This document shows positions 36,222-47,150 of a DNA stretch of 64,000 nucleotides, one piece after another. The stretch comes from an uncultured Nitrososphaerota archaeon (GTDB taxonomy: Archaea > Thermoproteota > Nitrososphaeria > Nitrososphaerales > Gagatemarchaeaceae): contig OY969807.1 in assembly GCA_963703285.1 (NCBI GenBank), forward strand, positions 1,728,001-1,792,000, given 5' to 3'. Within the stretch, counting starts at the first letter, position 1. Every line of letters begins with the position of its first letter. The notes under the pieces were generated by a model. The model worked only from the letters and a program-made list of their open reading frames with translations, made no database searches and was not told where the DNA came from. The position numbers and the translations under genes were made by a program.

Positions 36222-37853
36222 CTACTCCCTGTCCATCGCTTCCCTGATCAGGAAGTACGGGTTCCTTCCTCCGGTCTCCTGATAGATCACCTTGCTTGAC
36301 AGCTCCCCGAGCTCCTCTATCTCTTCCTTGGAGACCCCAGCCATGCCACCGGGGGAGGAGTACAGCCTGCGCGTCCTGGCAACCTGCTCCGGGAACCCCA
36401 GTACGTCCCTCAGGTACTCCGGGATCATCTTGAAGGTGAATTCCTGCGCGTTCAGCATCAGTTCCCGCTTCGGTCCCTTGGGCTTCCCCTCAGTGTCCCC
36501 CCTGAGCTTGCCCTTGAGCCAGTTCAGGACGTAGAACGAGTAGGTGCCGTAGAACTGGACGAGCTGTATGAGGGCGGGGTTGACCTTCGTCCTTACGACG
36601 GGCGTCGTTACGTCGTACTTGCTCCAGTCGAGCGTGAAGAGCTGGTCGTTCCGAAGAGCCTCGTTGAATATCCTCGTGCCAGGGAGGGGCGTGTATATCG
36701 TGAACTGTACCCCGTTCGCGCCCGCGTCCGCCAGGCGGTGGGAGAAGCGCACCGTCGCGATCATATCGCCGAGGCTCTCGTAGGGCGCGCCGAGCATCAT
36801 CCCGACGAGGACGATGACCCCGTTTTGGCTAAGGATTCTGACGGCCCTGACCGATTGGGGCATGAGGATCCCCTTGTGCATCCTCCTGAGCGTCTCCGGG
36901 CTCCCTGACTCGACGCCAAGGAAGGCGAGGCGCATCCCCGCCTCCGCTCCCCTCCTAATCAGCCGAGGATTCCTGGCGGTTACGTCCGCCCTCATCTGGA
37001 CGAGCCACTTGAACCTGTCGTAGCCGTTCTCTATCATGGCGTCGAAGAGGGCCATCCTCTGGTCGACGTTCGGGTAGACAACGAAGATGTCGTCGGTGAA
37101 GAATATCCAGTCGTAGCCGAGCCTTTTCGCGAGCTCAAGTTCCATGAGGATCCTCTTGTTCGACTTGTTCCTCCACCTGTGCCCCCACGTGGGAGTTACG
37201 GAGCAGAAGTCGCAGGCGTAGGGGCACCCCCTGGACGTCTCGAGGCAGACGACGCTTCCCCTGCCGAACAGCCTGGCCGTGTAGGGTTCCTTCCCGACCA
37301 GGTGGAGCGCCGGGAGCGCCAGGGAGTCAAGGTTCGGGATGAGGGCCCTGGGAGCTGTCCGGACGATGGTGGACCGTCCGTCTTCGTTCCTGTTGAAGAG
37401 GATACCGGGGATGTCTTCGAACCTGCTTCTGTCTCGCAGGGTGGTGGCTAGGTCGACTATCGTCCTGTCGCCCTCACCGAGCGCGACCACATCGAAGCCG
37501 TTCCGCAGGAGTTCGTAGGGGACGAAGGTCGCGTGGTGCCCTCCCGCGACGAGGAGGGTGTCAGGCCTTTCCTCCTTCACTCTCTTCGCAATCTCCGTCG
37601 CGGTCCCGTGGGAGGCGGTCGCGTGAATGGTGAGCCCGACGATGTCTGGGTCGTAGGTCGCCGCCTCCTTCACCACGTCCTCGACCGTCCTCTGGGAGTC
37701 AGCCTCCATGTCCAGGACCCTCACCTCAGAATCATCGAGGGTGAGCAGAGAGCCGGCGAGCTGGAGGAGGCCTAGAGGAACCGGCAGGAACCCGAACCTG
37801 GTTAGATAGGCGCTGCCCCCGGGGTTCGAGGGACGGATTAAGAGTGTCCTCAC
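36222..37853 (-). CDS. class B (B12-dependent) radical SAM enzyme, putative methyltransferase
   Basis: PLGLLQLA, VAGGHHATF, GEGD, ETSRGCPYACDFC, FTDD, GVESG, TPLPGT. Confidence 0.9.
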   Translation of the reverse strand: MRTLLIRPSNPGGSAYLTRFGFLPVPLGLLQLAGSLLTLDDSEVRVLDMEADSQRTVEDVVKEAATYDPDIVGLTIHATASHGTATEIAKRVKEERPDTLLVAGGHHATFVPYELLRNGFDVVALGEGDRTIVDLATTLRDRSRFEDIPGILFNRNEDGRSTIVRTAPRALIPNLDSLALPALHLVGKEPYTARLFGRGSVVCLETSRGCPYACDFCSVTPTWGHRWRNKSNKRILMELELAKRLGYDWIFFTDDIFVVYPNVDQRMALFDAMIENGYDRFKWLVQMRADVTARNPRLIRRGAEAGMRLAFLGVESGSPETLRRMHKGILMPQSVRAVRILSQNGVIVLVGMMLGAPYESLGDMIATVRFSHRLADAGANGVQFTIYTPLPGTRIFNEALRNDQLFTLDWSKYDVTTPVVRTKVNPALIQLVQFYGTYSFYVLNWLKGKLRGDTEGKPKGPKRELMLNAQEFTFKMIPEYLRDVLGFPEQVARTRRLYSSPGGMAGVSKEEIEELGELSSKVIYQETGGRNPYFLIREAMDRE

Positions 37854-37871
37854 GCGCGGAACACCATGCCC

Positions 37872-38315
37872 TCACTCGACTGACTTGGACATTCCCTCTT
37901 GGAGCTTCGCGAGAACTCTGCGGAGCGTCTCCTTTTCGTCCTCGCTCAGTGCGCTCAAGGAGTCGTGCATGAACTTCACGTACTTCGATGACACCCTGTC
38001 TTGAACAGATTTTCCCTTTGGGGTTAGCTCTATTAGCGTCGTCCTCCGGTCCTGGTCTTGTCCGGTCCTCTTCACGAGGCCCTTTGACTCGAGCTTGTCG
38101 ACGAGCCCGGTGATGTTGGCCCGGCTGACGAACATCTTCTCGCTTATGTCCTTCATCGCGATAGGGCCGTTGGCCACGCATCTCAGGGCCTGGAACTGAG
38201 CCCGCGTTACGCCCTCGTCGCAGAGTAGTTTCTCCGACTCGCGGAGAAGCGTCTTGTAGGTCGACGTGATGGCGTCGGTCACCCCGTTAGAATTCCGAGT
38301 CTCTTCCTTCGCCAT
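37872..38315 (-). CDS. MarR-family transcription regulator
   Basis: VTRAQFQAL, SRANITGLVDKLESKGLV, DRR..LTPKG; ATG 38315 lies about 25 nt from a TATA box. Confidence 0.93.
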   Translation of the reverse strand: MAKEETRNSNGVTDAITSTYKTLLRESEKLLCDEGVTRAQFQALRCVANGPIAMKDISEKMFVSRANITGLVDKLESKGLVKRTGQDQDRRTTLIELTPKGKSVQDRVSSKYVKFMHDSLSALSEDEKETLRRVLAKLQEGMSKSVE

Positions 38316-38331
38316 GGTATGAGAGGAACTG

Positions 38332-38360
38332 GTTAACGTATAAATACTTAACTTCTTAAC
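38332..38360. promoter_or_regulatory. bidirectional TATA inside an imperfect palindrome (candidate MarR operator)
   Basis: GTTAAcGTATaaATACTTAAC enclosing TATAAATA (38339-38346); third TTAAC at 38356-38360. Confidence 0.6.
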
Positions 38361-38431
38361 TGCATCGGCGCGATACGATGGTCTGCTGCCGAAGGTCACG
38401 GGCCCTTTCGAAGAACAGACGGCGAGCCTGA

Positions 38432-40261
38432 ATGGTTCGGTACAAGTGGGTCGCGCTCTCCAACACCACCCTCGGGGTGCTGATGGCCTCGATCAACTCG
38501 AGCATAGTTCTGATATCTCTGCCGGCCATCTTCCGGGGCATCGACATAGATCCCCTCACCTCGTTCCAGTATCTCCTCTGGGTCCTCTTCGGCTACATGG
38601 TTGTGACGGCCTCGCTCCTTGTGATGTTCGGAAGGATTTCGGACATGTATGGCAGGGTGAGGCTCTACAACCTCGGCTTCGCCATCTTCACGGCCGGCTC
38701 CATACTGCTTTACCTGACCCCCAACACCGGGGACCTCGGCGCCCAGGAGCTCATCGTATTCAGGATCATCCAGGGATTGGGAGCCGCTTTCCTCTTCGCG
38801 AACAGCGCGGCCATAATTACGGACGCGTTCCCATACAACGAACGCGGGAAGGCCCTGGGGATCAACCAGGTTGCTGCGCTCGTCGGCTCCCTCGGGGGGC
38901 TCATCCTGGGAGGGGTGCTTTCTGTGTTTGCCTGGCGGGACGTCTTCCTGGTCAGCGTGCCGGTCGGGATCTTCGGCACCGCTTGGTCCTACTGGAAGCT
39001 CAAGGAGATAGCGACGATAAGGAAAGGACAGAAGCTGGACATCTGGGGCAACGTCACCTGGGGCGCTGGGCTCACCATTTTGCTCATTGCCGCCACCTAT
39101 GGCCTCCTGCCATACGGAAGCTCGACCATGGGTTGGGGCAATCCCTGGGTCATAGCCGCGCTCGTCGCCGGGGTCGCTCTGCTGGCCGCCTTTCCATTCA
39201 TAGAGACCAGGGTCGAGGAGCCGATGTTCAGGCTCGGCCTGTTCAAGAACAGGATGTTCTCGGCCGCCAACTTCGCGGGCTTTCTGGCCTCCGTAGGGAG
39301 GGGAGGGGTCATGCTGATGCTGATCATACTCCTGCAGGGGATCTGGCTGCCGCTTCACGGGATCAGCTATCAGAACACTCCGTTCTGGGCCGGGATCTAC
39401 ATGATTCCGATGCTCGCGGGATTCGCGGTGATGGGCCCTATAAGCGGCTGGCTCTCTGACAGGTACGGTGCACGGGGCTTTTCGACCCTCGGCATGGTTA
39501 TAGTCGGCGTCATGTTTTACGCCCTTGCGGCTCTCCCGTACGACTTCTCATATCTTCCCTTCGCCGTGATCCTCTTCGTCATGGGGATAGGGAGCGGAAT
39601 GTTCGCTTCTCCGAACACGGCATCGATTATGAACTCCGTCCCCGAGGAACACCGGGGCGCCGCTTCGGGGATGCGCGCCACGCTGCAGAACACAGGCTCC
39701 ATCGCCAGCATGATGCTGTTCTTTACAATAGTCATCAGCTCGCTCGCCGGCAGCCTCCCCACTGCGTTCGTCTCCGCCTTCACGAGCGCCGGGTTGCCGC
39801 AGCTGGGGGCCGCGTTCGCCCAGGTCCCGCCCACGGGGGCTCTTTTCTCGGCCTTCCTTGGCTACAACCCCGTCGCGAGCATCATCACCCAGCTCCAGAA
39901 CAGCCCCCAGACGGCGCAACTGGTGGCGTCCATACCGGAGCAGACGATGAGCTACATCACCGGGACCTCGTTCTTCCCCCACGCAATTGCACCCGCGTTC
40001 ATGACTTCGCTCGCACTTGCATTCTACATAGGGCTCGGCCTTTCCTTGGCCGCCGCAGTTTCTTCACTGCTTCGCGGGAAGGTGTACATCTACGAGAAGG
40101 AGGCCGCGATCGCGGCGGCTTCTGGAACTCCCGTGCCGGTCACGGCTCCGGCGAGGGACGGGCCCAGCCCAACTTCCCAAGCAACAAACGCGGAACAGTC
40201 AGATCCGCTGGTGGGAAGCCTCGGCATTGTTTCTCAAGAAGAGAAGGAAGAAGGCAAATAG
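38432..40261 (+). CDS. MFS transporter, DHA2 (14-TM, EmrB/QacA-like)
   Basis: [38 protein letters not shown]. Confidence 0.93.
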   Translation: MVRYKWVALSNTTLGVLMASINSSIVLISLPAIFRGIDIDPLTSFQYLLWVLFGYMVVTASLLVMFGRISDMYGRVRLYNLGFAIFTAGSILLYLTPNTGDLGAQELIVFRIIQGLGAAFLFANSAAIITDAFPYNERGKALGINQVAALVGSLGGLILGGVLSVFAWRDVFLVSVPVGIFGTAWSYWKLKEIATIRKGQKLDIWGNVTWGAGLTILLIAATYGLLPYGSSTMGWGNPWVIAALVAGVALLAAFPFIETRVEEPMFRLGLFKNRMFSAANFAGFLASVGRGGVMLMLIILLQGIWLPLHGISYQNTPFWAGIYMIPMLAGFAVMGPISGWLSDRYGARGFSTLGMVIVGVMFYALAALPYDFSYLPFAVILFVMGIGSGMFASPNTASIMNSVPEEHRGAASGMRATLQNTGSIASMMLFFTIVISSLAGSLPTAFVSAFTSAGLPQLGAAFAQVPPTGALFSAFLGYNPVASIITQLQNSPQTAQLVASIPEQTMSYITGTSFFPHAIAPAFMTSLALAFYIGLGLSLAAAVSSLLRGKVYIYEKEAAIAAASGTPVPVTAPARDGPSPTSQATNAEQSDPLVGSLGIVSQEEKEEGK

Positions 40262-40548
40262 GCGGCTAGTAGTGTACCGTCGGGTAAATTCGCGACTTCC
40301 TATGAATGAATCCACCGCGTACGATGGCGTATCCCGACTGATTGTCCGTGGCTTGGAACTCGTGTCCGAGCGGGCATTGCATTTGCATTGATTTCTATCC
40401 AGAGCAGGGGTTGGACCTGTTAAAGTGAGTGCAGATCGATTGCGACAAAGAGTACTCTATCGTTCATGCCCTTTGAATTGACGTGTTTCTTCATTAATCT
40501 CGGTCATGGTGTCAGTTCAGTTAACAGCCTTGAGCGCGACCCTTTAAG

Positions 40549-40986
40549 TTACCAGAACCGCAAGGGGCCTTGCAGCCTTGCTATCTGGGTGGATACAGTG
40601 TCCACGTATTCTTTCAGGGTGGCAATCACCGTCTTGGACGTTATCACACCGATCACCTTTCCATCCCGAAGAACGAGAACCCTCCTGATTCCCCTCTCTG
40701 CCATGAACTGAGACACCTGCTCGATCCCCCAGTCGGCGTCCACGGTTACCAAGTTCACGCTCATCACTTCCTTCAGCTTCACATTCGCTGGATCTTTGCC
40801 TTCAGCGGCTATCTTCGAGATGTAGTCCCACTCTGTCACTATTCCAATCGGTTTGCCTTCCCCCGAGGCTATGACGACAAACCCATGCTTCCTCTCTCTC
40901 ATGAGCTTCGCGGCTTCGAACGCATTCACGTCTTCACTCACCGAGATGAAATCCTTCTCTACGATGTCCCTGGCGAAGAGCACCAT
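40549..40986 (-). CDS. CBS-pair protein
   Basis: MVLFARDIV.., GIVTEWD, IRRVLV..GVIT; true start ATG 40986. Confidence 0.9.
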   Translation of the reverse strand: MVLFARDIVEKDFISVSEDVNAFEAAKLMRERKHGFVVIASGEGKPIGIVTEWDYISKIAAEGKDPANVKLKEVMSVNLVTVDADWGIEQVSQFMAERGIRRVLVLRDGKVIGVITSKTVIATLKEYVDTVSTQIARLQGPLRFW

Positions 40987-40999
40987 GAAATCATCCCTC

Positions 41000-41906
41000 C
41001 CGCCCTGGTACCTTCCAGGGAGATTATAATCTCGAGCCTGATCACCCTCTTCAGCTTTGCAAGTTTGACGATCGGTGTCCTGAGCTCCATCCAGAGTGTG
41101 ATTGCCAGCATGATGTTGGCTAGAACCCACATGCTGTACTGGATGACGGACAGCATCGGGTAGAACAGTCGGACCGTATAGTTCGTGCTCGTGGTCTTCG
41201 CTTTGACCTGGTTCTGCACCGCGTATCCGGTCTCGATTCCCCATCTTCTCCTGTACTCGTCGGGTATCTGAGGGAAGAGCCTGAACGCCTCCCGGTACCA
41301 CGTGTTCGTGGCGAAGACGATGTACCTCTCGTGGACTGGGTCCATCTCCTTGGCTCCCTTCCCGGGATAAATCTTCGGCCCGAAGAACGCCTGCTGCTCG
41401 AATGCGTTCCTGATGGAGAACTTGACCATGCTCGGGATCATGCCGTTGTGATGCTCCTCTATCGCCCGCTTGATCCGATCGTTCTTTATCGCTGGCCTCA
41501 GATACCTCACCCCGAGCTCGTCCGGCTTGTTCATCACGTCCACGGAGTAGAATCCTCTGTCGATAAGGAGAACCCATATCCTGACCCCTCTTTCTTTCGC
41601 AGCCCTGACGAGCCCCTCGACTGTCGAGGCGTGGATCAGGATAGTGGTGGGAACGCGTTACCGCACAATTCTTCCCCTGTTCGCTTCAGCAATTCCCAGA
41701 TGGTCTTTGTTGACCTGCGGACACAGGAGACGCTCACGTTCAACGAATTTTATCAGGCCTGCCGTGAACTGAGTTCTCTTGTAATCGCATTTGGGGTCAT
41801 TAGGGCTCATTTCGAATTGGTGCTGTGGAGAAGGAGATTGGCCTATTACGGGCGGCTCACGAATAGCCTCTGAATTACCCACCATGACTAAGAAGGATGA
41901 GGTCAT
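41000..41906 (-). mobile_element. ISH3-like (IS4 superfamily) DDE transposase remnant
   Basis: LLIDRGFYSVDV, YRRRWGIETGY, KTTSTNYTVRLFY; central catalytic region missing; ends not defined. Confidence 0.75.
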
Positions 41907-42009
41907 GTGTCACGCAGCGCGGCCCGAGAAAGCATCGTAGTCGCGGATCGGTCGGATTGAAGCATTTCGTATCCCCTCCCAGCAGCATTAACGCAACTTA
42001 TACCCCCGG

Positions 42010-42042
42010 TCCCTAAATCGCCTAATATGAGTCTTTTAGGGA
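42010..42042. repeat. 8-bp inverted repeat in AT-rich intergenic DNA
   Basis: TCCCTAAA-N17-TTTAGGGA. Confidence 0.5.
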
Positions 42043-42119
42043 TAAAATAGGGTCAATATAAGGTTAATTGGGCTAAAGACAGCAAGAAGGAAGCCGGATG
42101 ACCAAGACGAATCTGAGGA

Positions 42120-43496
42120 CTACGGGCTCGACGGGGCTCGTCCTCGTGCAGTTTCCAAAACGGATTTGGTCGAATTGCCATTCCTCATGCTTAGGAGAAG
42201 AAAGAGCGAAGAGAATGCCGCCAAGATTGCAACGACCGAAAAGCCGAACGCGGGAGAGATAGCTACTATGAGTATCCCGATCAGCGCGCTCGAAGTGAAA
42301 TCACCGACGCCATTCACGGTCTGAAGCACGCCGAATCCGGTGCCTTTGGGCGACTGACCAAGAATCTCAGAGGCGTACGTCTTCTCTACAGTGTCGACTA
42401 TGGCGGATTGCAAACCCGCTAGCACAAAAATCGCTCCAAGAATCAGATAGTTGGCCGACTCGAATATCGAAGCAACGCAGGCCAACGCGAACACAAAGTA
42501 GCCGAGGGCCAGCAGGTTCCTCTTCGACACCTTATCAGCGAAGTAGCCGGCCGGATAGCATCCGACGGCATAGATTACGTTCAGCACGACGTACAAGAGA
42601 ACGGCGAGCTCGGTCGCTTGTGATTGTCCGAGAGAGGGCTGAAGGACTTGTTCTGCCCGCAATGTGAAAAATACGTTAGAGAAATTTGCGATGCCGAACA
42701 GACCTACGCTTATGAGAAGCAGCCTGAAGTTCTTGGGCAGGGCCCTTACCATCAGTGAGAAGGACGGTGTACCACCTTTGTTCAAATCCGACCCCTTCTT
42801 CAGCACCTCTCTGACGAGCAGGAAGAGCACTGCGACGCAGACCGCAGCCGGAATGGCCGAAACAAAGAAGATCTTAGAAAATGGAAGGTACGGTATCAAC
42901 AGGAGGACTATCGCCGGTCCGACCACCGCTCCGAGAGAATCGAGCGCCCTTTCGAAACCAAACGCCTTCCCGATTGAAGACGGACTGACAGAATCGGTCA
43001 TGAGCGCGTCTCTCGGCGGCCCCCTGGCACCCCTTCCTGTCCACGCTCCCACCCTCAACAGGAAGACCTCTGCGAGATTCGTGGCAAAGCCGATGGCGGG
43101 AATCAGGATTCCGGTCGCGAGATAGCCCAGATACATGATTGGCAATCGCTTTCCTGATTTATCGGAATGATAGCCGGAATACGATTTGAACAGACTCGCA
43201 AGTCCATCTGCCGACCCTTCGATAAGTCCCACAGCTGCCGCGTTCCCGCCAAGGGTGAATATCACAAAGAAGGGCAGAATCGCGGTAGCCATCTCATGGC
43301 TCATGTCCGAGAACAAGCTGGTAAGGCCGATGCCCAGTACGTTACCATTCAGCCAGGCGCGGTCGGGTGTCGATGAAGGAGTGGATGGGACCTTTCTGTC
43401 TTCGGTATCGGCCACGTTGGGGCGTTCGCGTCGCCGAGTCTTAGAGGTTTGGATGAGAAACGGACGAGACAATCGCATAGCATCACACCAGTTCAC
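42120..43496 (-). CDS. MFS transporter (12-TM); true start probably downstream
   Basis: SLFSDMSHEM, SDKSGKR, GRGARGPPRDAL, GKAFGFERALD. Confidence 0.9.
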   Translation of the reverse strand: MNWCDAMRLSRPFLIQTSKTRRRERPNVADTEDRKVPSTPSSTPDRAWLNGNVLGIGLTSLFSDMSHEMATAILPFFVIFTLGGNAAAVGLIEGSADGLASLFKSYSGYHSDKSGKRLPIMYLGYLATGILIPAIGFATNLAEVFLLRVGAWTGRGARGPPRDALMTDSVSPSSIGKAFGFERALDSLGAVVGPAIVLLLIPYLPFSKIFFVSAIPAAVCVAVLFLLVREVLKKGSDLNKGGTPSFSLMVRALPKNFRLLLISVGLFGIANFSNVFFTLRAEQVLQPSLGQSQATELAVLLYVVLNVIYAVGCYPAGYFADKVSKRNLLALGYFVFALACVASIFESANYLILGAIFVLAGLQSAIVDTVEKTYASEILGQSPKGTGFGVLQTVNGVGDFTSSALIGILIVAISPAFGFSVVAILAAFSSLFLLLSMRNGNSTKSVLETARGRAPSSP

Positions 43497-43562
43497 CGCG
43501 CAAATCCAGACCTAGCTCTTGAAGCGATACAGTTTTGTCCGAACGTTAGAATCTCCACGGAT

Positions 43563-43877
43563 TCACGATTCTGGAACCGATCTGAGTAGTCTTTTCGCAG
43601 CGTATACCCCCCGGTCCACTTTTTGCACATCGTCCTCCTCGTATTCACAAATTTTATCGCAAGTTTCCTTCAGGGCAGTGACAGCCGATTCAATCGCTCG
43701 AAGCTTAGATTCTATCTCAAGGTCTCTTGCATCTATTCGTGCGCAGAGGCGGAACAGCACGATATGGTCGACCTGTTCGTATACCAATTCCAACGGCACT
43801 CCTATCGGTCGGCTTCGTCGGACTCGGTACTTTGTAGACGCACGAGCTATTGTGAAGAAGACTTTCTGCTTCGCCAC
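43563..43877 (-). CDS. hypothetical protein
   Basis: Helical acidic ORF, weak support. Confidence 0.35.
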   Translation of the reverse strand: MAKQKVFFTIARASTKYRVRRSRPIGVPLELVYEQVDHIVLFRLCARIDARDLEIESKLRAIESAVTALKETCDKICEYEEDDVQKVDRGVYAAKRLLRSVPES

Positions 43878-44060
43878 CAGCGTAGCAGTAGTTCATGAGG
43901 GGTGGTGTGACGTGTGTAGTGGTCAGACGGGAGCCTCCTCCCGATTACGTTTGCGATGACTGCGAGCGCGACGACGACGGTGGAGAAGTAGTTGCGTGCG
44001 GAGCTGCAAGCCGCGCCGAAGGAAAGACTCATGATGGGCGCACCAGGGGTCGAATGAGTC

Positions 44061-45098
44061 ATGACTGTGTTGAGTAGGACCGTCGTAATCGTCGTGCTGC
44101 TCCTCATTGTCGCGCTCGCTTCTGTAGTCGTCTTGTCTGGGCCTCTGACGGGGACGCAATCGTCCACAGAGACATCGACCCAAAGCTCCTCCGAATCGGC
44201 TACCGGGACAGTGACACAGACGTCGACGGCATCGAGTAGCCAGTCCTCCGGGGCGAGCCCGATACAGCACGTCATAATCATCCTGATGGAGAACGAGGAG
44301 TACAGCAGCGTGATAGGGAATCCCTCAGCTCCCTACGAGAACCTCCTGGCCTCTCGCTACGCGCTCGCAGGGGAGTATTTCGCGGTCTCCCATCCATCGC
44401 TCCCCAACTACATCGCGCTGATTGCTGGGAGCACGTTCGGTGTCACGAGCGACTGCCTTCCCGCCCAGTGCAGCGTGAACTCATCGAGCATAGTCACCCT
44501 CCTGCAGAGCCACAATCTGACCTGGGAGGAGTACGCGGAGTCCATGCCGACGAACTGCTCACAGTCGGTCAGCCCCGACGGCCTGTATCAGCCGAAGCAC
44601 AACCCGTTCGTGTACTTCTCTAGTATCACAGGAAACAACGGCACGGGACAGACCTCAGAGTACTGCGACTCGCACGTAGTTCCCATGTCTCAGTTCTGGA
44701 CCGATTTAGCGGAGAACGCTCTTCCAAACTATGCGTTCATAACCCCGAACAATTGCGACGACGCGCACAGCTGCCCCCTCTCAACGGGAGACCAATGGCT
44801 CTCAACCGTCGTCCCGAGGATAATCAACTCGAGCTCCTTCTCATCGACCGCCCTCTTCATTACGTACGACGAGGGGAGCACGAACTCGGGCTTCGGATCC
44901 AACGCGGGCGGCCAGGTGACGTGCATCCTCATCTCTCCCTTTGCGAAGCAGGGATACACTTCGGATGTGCAGTACTCCCACTACTCGCTGCTAGCGACGG
45001 TGGAGGCCATATTCAAGCTCGGGAGCCTAGGGAGGAACGACGCCGAAGCCCCACCCATGACCGACCTCTTCTCCCAGCAGGTCTTCCCGCTCGGATAA
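44061..45098 (+). CDS. secreted phosphoesterase (acid phosphatase / phospholipase C family)
   Basis: HVIIILMEN, HPSLPNY, KHNPF, DDAH, ITYDE, SHYSLL; N-terminal TM and Ser/Thr linker. Confidence 0.9.
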   Translation: MTVLSRTVVIVVLLLIVALASVVVLSGPLTGTQSSTETSTQSSSESATGTVTQTSTASSSQSSGASPIQHVIIILMENEEYSSVIGNPSAPYENLLASRYALAGEYFAVSHPSLPNYIALIAGSTFGVTSDCLPAQCSVNSSSIVTLLQSHNLTWEEYAESMPTNCSQSVSPDGLYQPKHNPFVYFSSITGNNGTGQTSEYCDSHVVPMSQFWTDLAENALPNYAFITPNNCDDAHSCPLSTGDQWLSTVVPRIINSSSFSSTALFITYDEGSTNSGFGSNAGGQVTCILISPFAKQGYTSDVQYSHYSLLATVEAIFKLGSLGRNDAEAPPMTDLFSQQVFPLG

Positions 45099-45228
45099 GA
45101 CATCCAATCTCCAAGTCCGGCGAGACCCAAGGGATTTCATATCCCTTTCCAGCAGCGTTGACGCAGCGTATACCGCTGGTCGACTCCATTTTCGCTGCTA
45201 AACTTGGCCTTTAGATACAACGTGAAAG

Positions 45229-45978
45229 TCAGAACCCTCCCAGCCCATAGAGAACCAGGAATGAGGAGAGATTCAGCACATAGAAGACGACGACCATCAC
45301 CATGGCGGTTACGATTACGCACGCGAAGACCCTGCTCGCCGGGGCCCTGAGAACAATCCCGAGGCCCACGTACAATATGTAGAGTCCATAGAGGGACCCT
45401 AGCAGGAGGAATGCCAGGACGAGGATGCCCGCAAAGAGGCTAACAACGTTTACTATCGCAACGAGGAATACAGGGGTGTAAACATAGGACACGAGCATCA
45501 TCGCCTTGTTCGGATCCGCTATCGATGCGAACCTGGGAGCAAGCCTCCACAGAGTCAAACCCACAATTGCTACGCTTACGATATCAAAGACGTAGGCCAG
45601 CACGAGACTCTCGACGAAGTGTGCATAAGCGCTCGAAGTTGCGCTGACGAACAACAAGTCTCCGATGAGCGCGGAAGCCACGGGAATGAGGGCGAGAACC
45701 GCGACGTAGCCAACGATTGTCGACCTGAGAGAAGGAGCTATGTCCGCTCGCAGTTCCATGAAGGCCCTCGGATTCCTTACAAGGGCGATAGCGTCTCGGA
45801 ACGTCTCCGCTATGCCTGTCCTTGATGGTGCGCCGCCTTGTGCACCCGGCTTGGCGAGCAATCCCGGTGACCTCGCCAGTCCGGGAAAGGAAGAAGGATC
45901 AGGTTCAATATTGGTCCCGCAAGGAGCGCAGAATGCGGCGTTCTCGCCATTCACCGTCCCACTCTTGGGACAGAACAA
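45229..45978 (-). CDS. zinc-ribbon + Yip1 domain membrane protein
   Basis: MFCPKSG..FCAPCG (one Cys replaced by Ser); LVRNP, YVYTP, LYGLYILYVG. Confidence 0.8.
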   Translation of the reverse strand: MFCPKSGTVNGENAAFCAPCGTNIEPDPSSFPGLARSPGLLAKPGAQGGAPSRTGIAETFRDAIALVRNPRAFMELRADIAPSLRSTIVGYVAVLALIPVASALIGDLLFVSATSSAYAHFVESLVLAYVFDIVSVAIVGLTLWRLAPRFASIADPNKAMMLVSYVYTPVFLVAIVNVVSLFAGILVLAFLLLGSLYGLYILYVGLGIVLRAPASRVFACVIVTAMVMVVVFYVLNLSSFLVLYGLGGF

Positions 45979-46173
45979 GGCCCTTTTTCTAGGAGGGCTG
46001 TCTAATTAATGATTGTAGGACCCCGGCACTCTGGATAGTCCTCAATCCCGTGATTAAGCTGAAGGGCTATCCCGAGCAGGCGCGCGACCACCTTGACGAG
46101 CCGGCAGGCGCGGAAGCGCGGTGAGTCGCTCCAGATGAGCCAGCCGATAACACGACCGTCTGGACTTGCGCAG

Positions 46174-46947
46174 CTATCCGACGAAGCAGATCTCGGGCGT
46201 CCTCTTCTTGTGGAATGAGGAATCGAAGCGGGCTATGACGCCTTCGACCTTCGCCTGATTCCTCTTCACCATCACCGAGATGGAAGCCGCATCGAGACCG
46301 CGGTCGAACCTCAGCTTGAGTATCTGGTCCGTCGTGTCGTAGTCCATGCCTGCCTCCAACTTGGAGCGCGTCGCCCACACCCTCGCCGTTCTCTTCTTCG
46401 CGACTATCCTCCTGTTAATCCCCAGGACCTCGCCGAGTTTCCTCACCTCCGTCTTGTAGAGGTCGCCTATCGGCAGTATGTCCACTCCCCCGTTGCCGTA
46501 CTTGGTGAAGTGCCCCGGCAGAATCTCCGATTTGTCCAAAGACCCCGCCACGAGCCTGTTCGAGAGGTTCGCCTCGTAGTAGAGTATCGACATCCTGATC
46601 CTCGCCGCGAGGTTCTCTTCGGCCACCCTGTTGCCCTCCAGGACCCTTGCGAACGCTTTGTGGATGGGCGCGATGTCGAACCGCCCGACGTCGAGGCAGA
46701 GCTCGTTAGCCACTATCTTCGCGTCGGGCACGTCCTACTCCGCGGCCGTCCGAAGGTCCGACATTATCAGCCCCATCACCCTCCTACTTCCCAGGGCCTC
46801 CACGCAGAGATGTGCCGTCACAGCGGAGTCAACCTCGCCGTCGAGCGCGACCAGCACGCCATCGGTCTGCGACTCCTCTACCTCCGACCTGATGAAGTGG
46901 GTGATTTTCCGCTTGACGTCGGAGAGGTCCAGCTCGGCTCTTTGCAA
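46174..46947 (-). pseudogene. nadE: NH3-dependent NAD+ synthetase, disrupted
   Basis: NLAARIRM, FTKYG, PIGDLYKTEV, HK; in-frame TAG at 46735-46737; SGGxDS degenerated to DGEVDS. Confidence 0.85.
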
Positions 46948-46986
46948 TGCCGTGGAGTGGTTCTCTCATTCGAGAAATACTTTTTC

Positions 46987-47150
46987 GGTTCCGTCAAGTC
47001 TTAGTTTGGTGACTTGGCTTCGAGGCATCGACTCTGAGGATTACCTGCTGTCTCCCGCCTTCAGGGTTCCCCTTCACAGCTTCACCTACCTCGCCTTTGC
47101 TTGACTGGTCGAACCTCAACCAGCCCCTGCGCGAGATGTTGAGAACCGCA
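46987..47150 (-). ncRNA. putative omegaRNA scaffold overlapping the tnpB 3' end
   Basis: Inferred from TnpB family architecture; low-complexity C-terminal tail follows the RuvC-III motif. Confidence 0.45.

Noticed and set aside
40549-41577. 342-aa ORF as a CBS fusion protein
   Set aside because: The N-terminal part is an off-frame reading of the transposase remnant; the CBS gene starts at 40986
32620-46737. In-frame TAG codons in the CMD gene and nadE as pyrrolysine or readthrough
   Set aside because: Both genes carry other lesions, many intact genes here end in TAG, and no pyl genes are in the window
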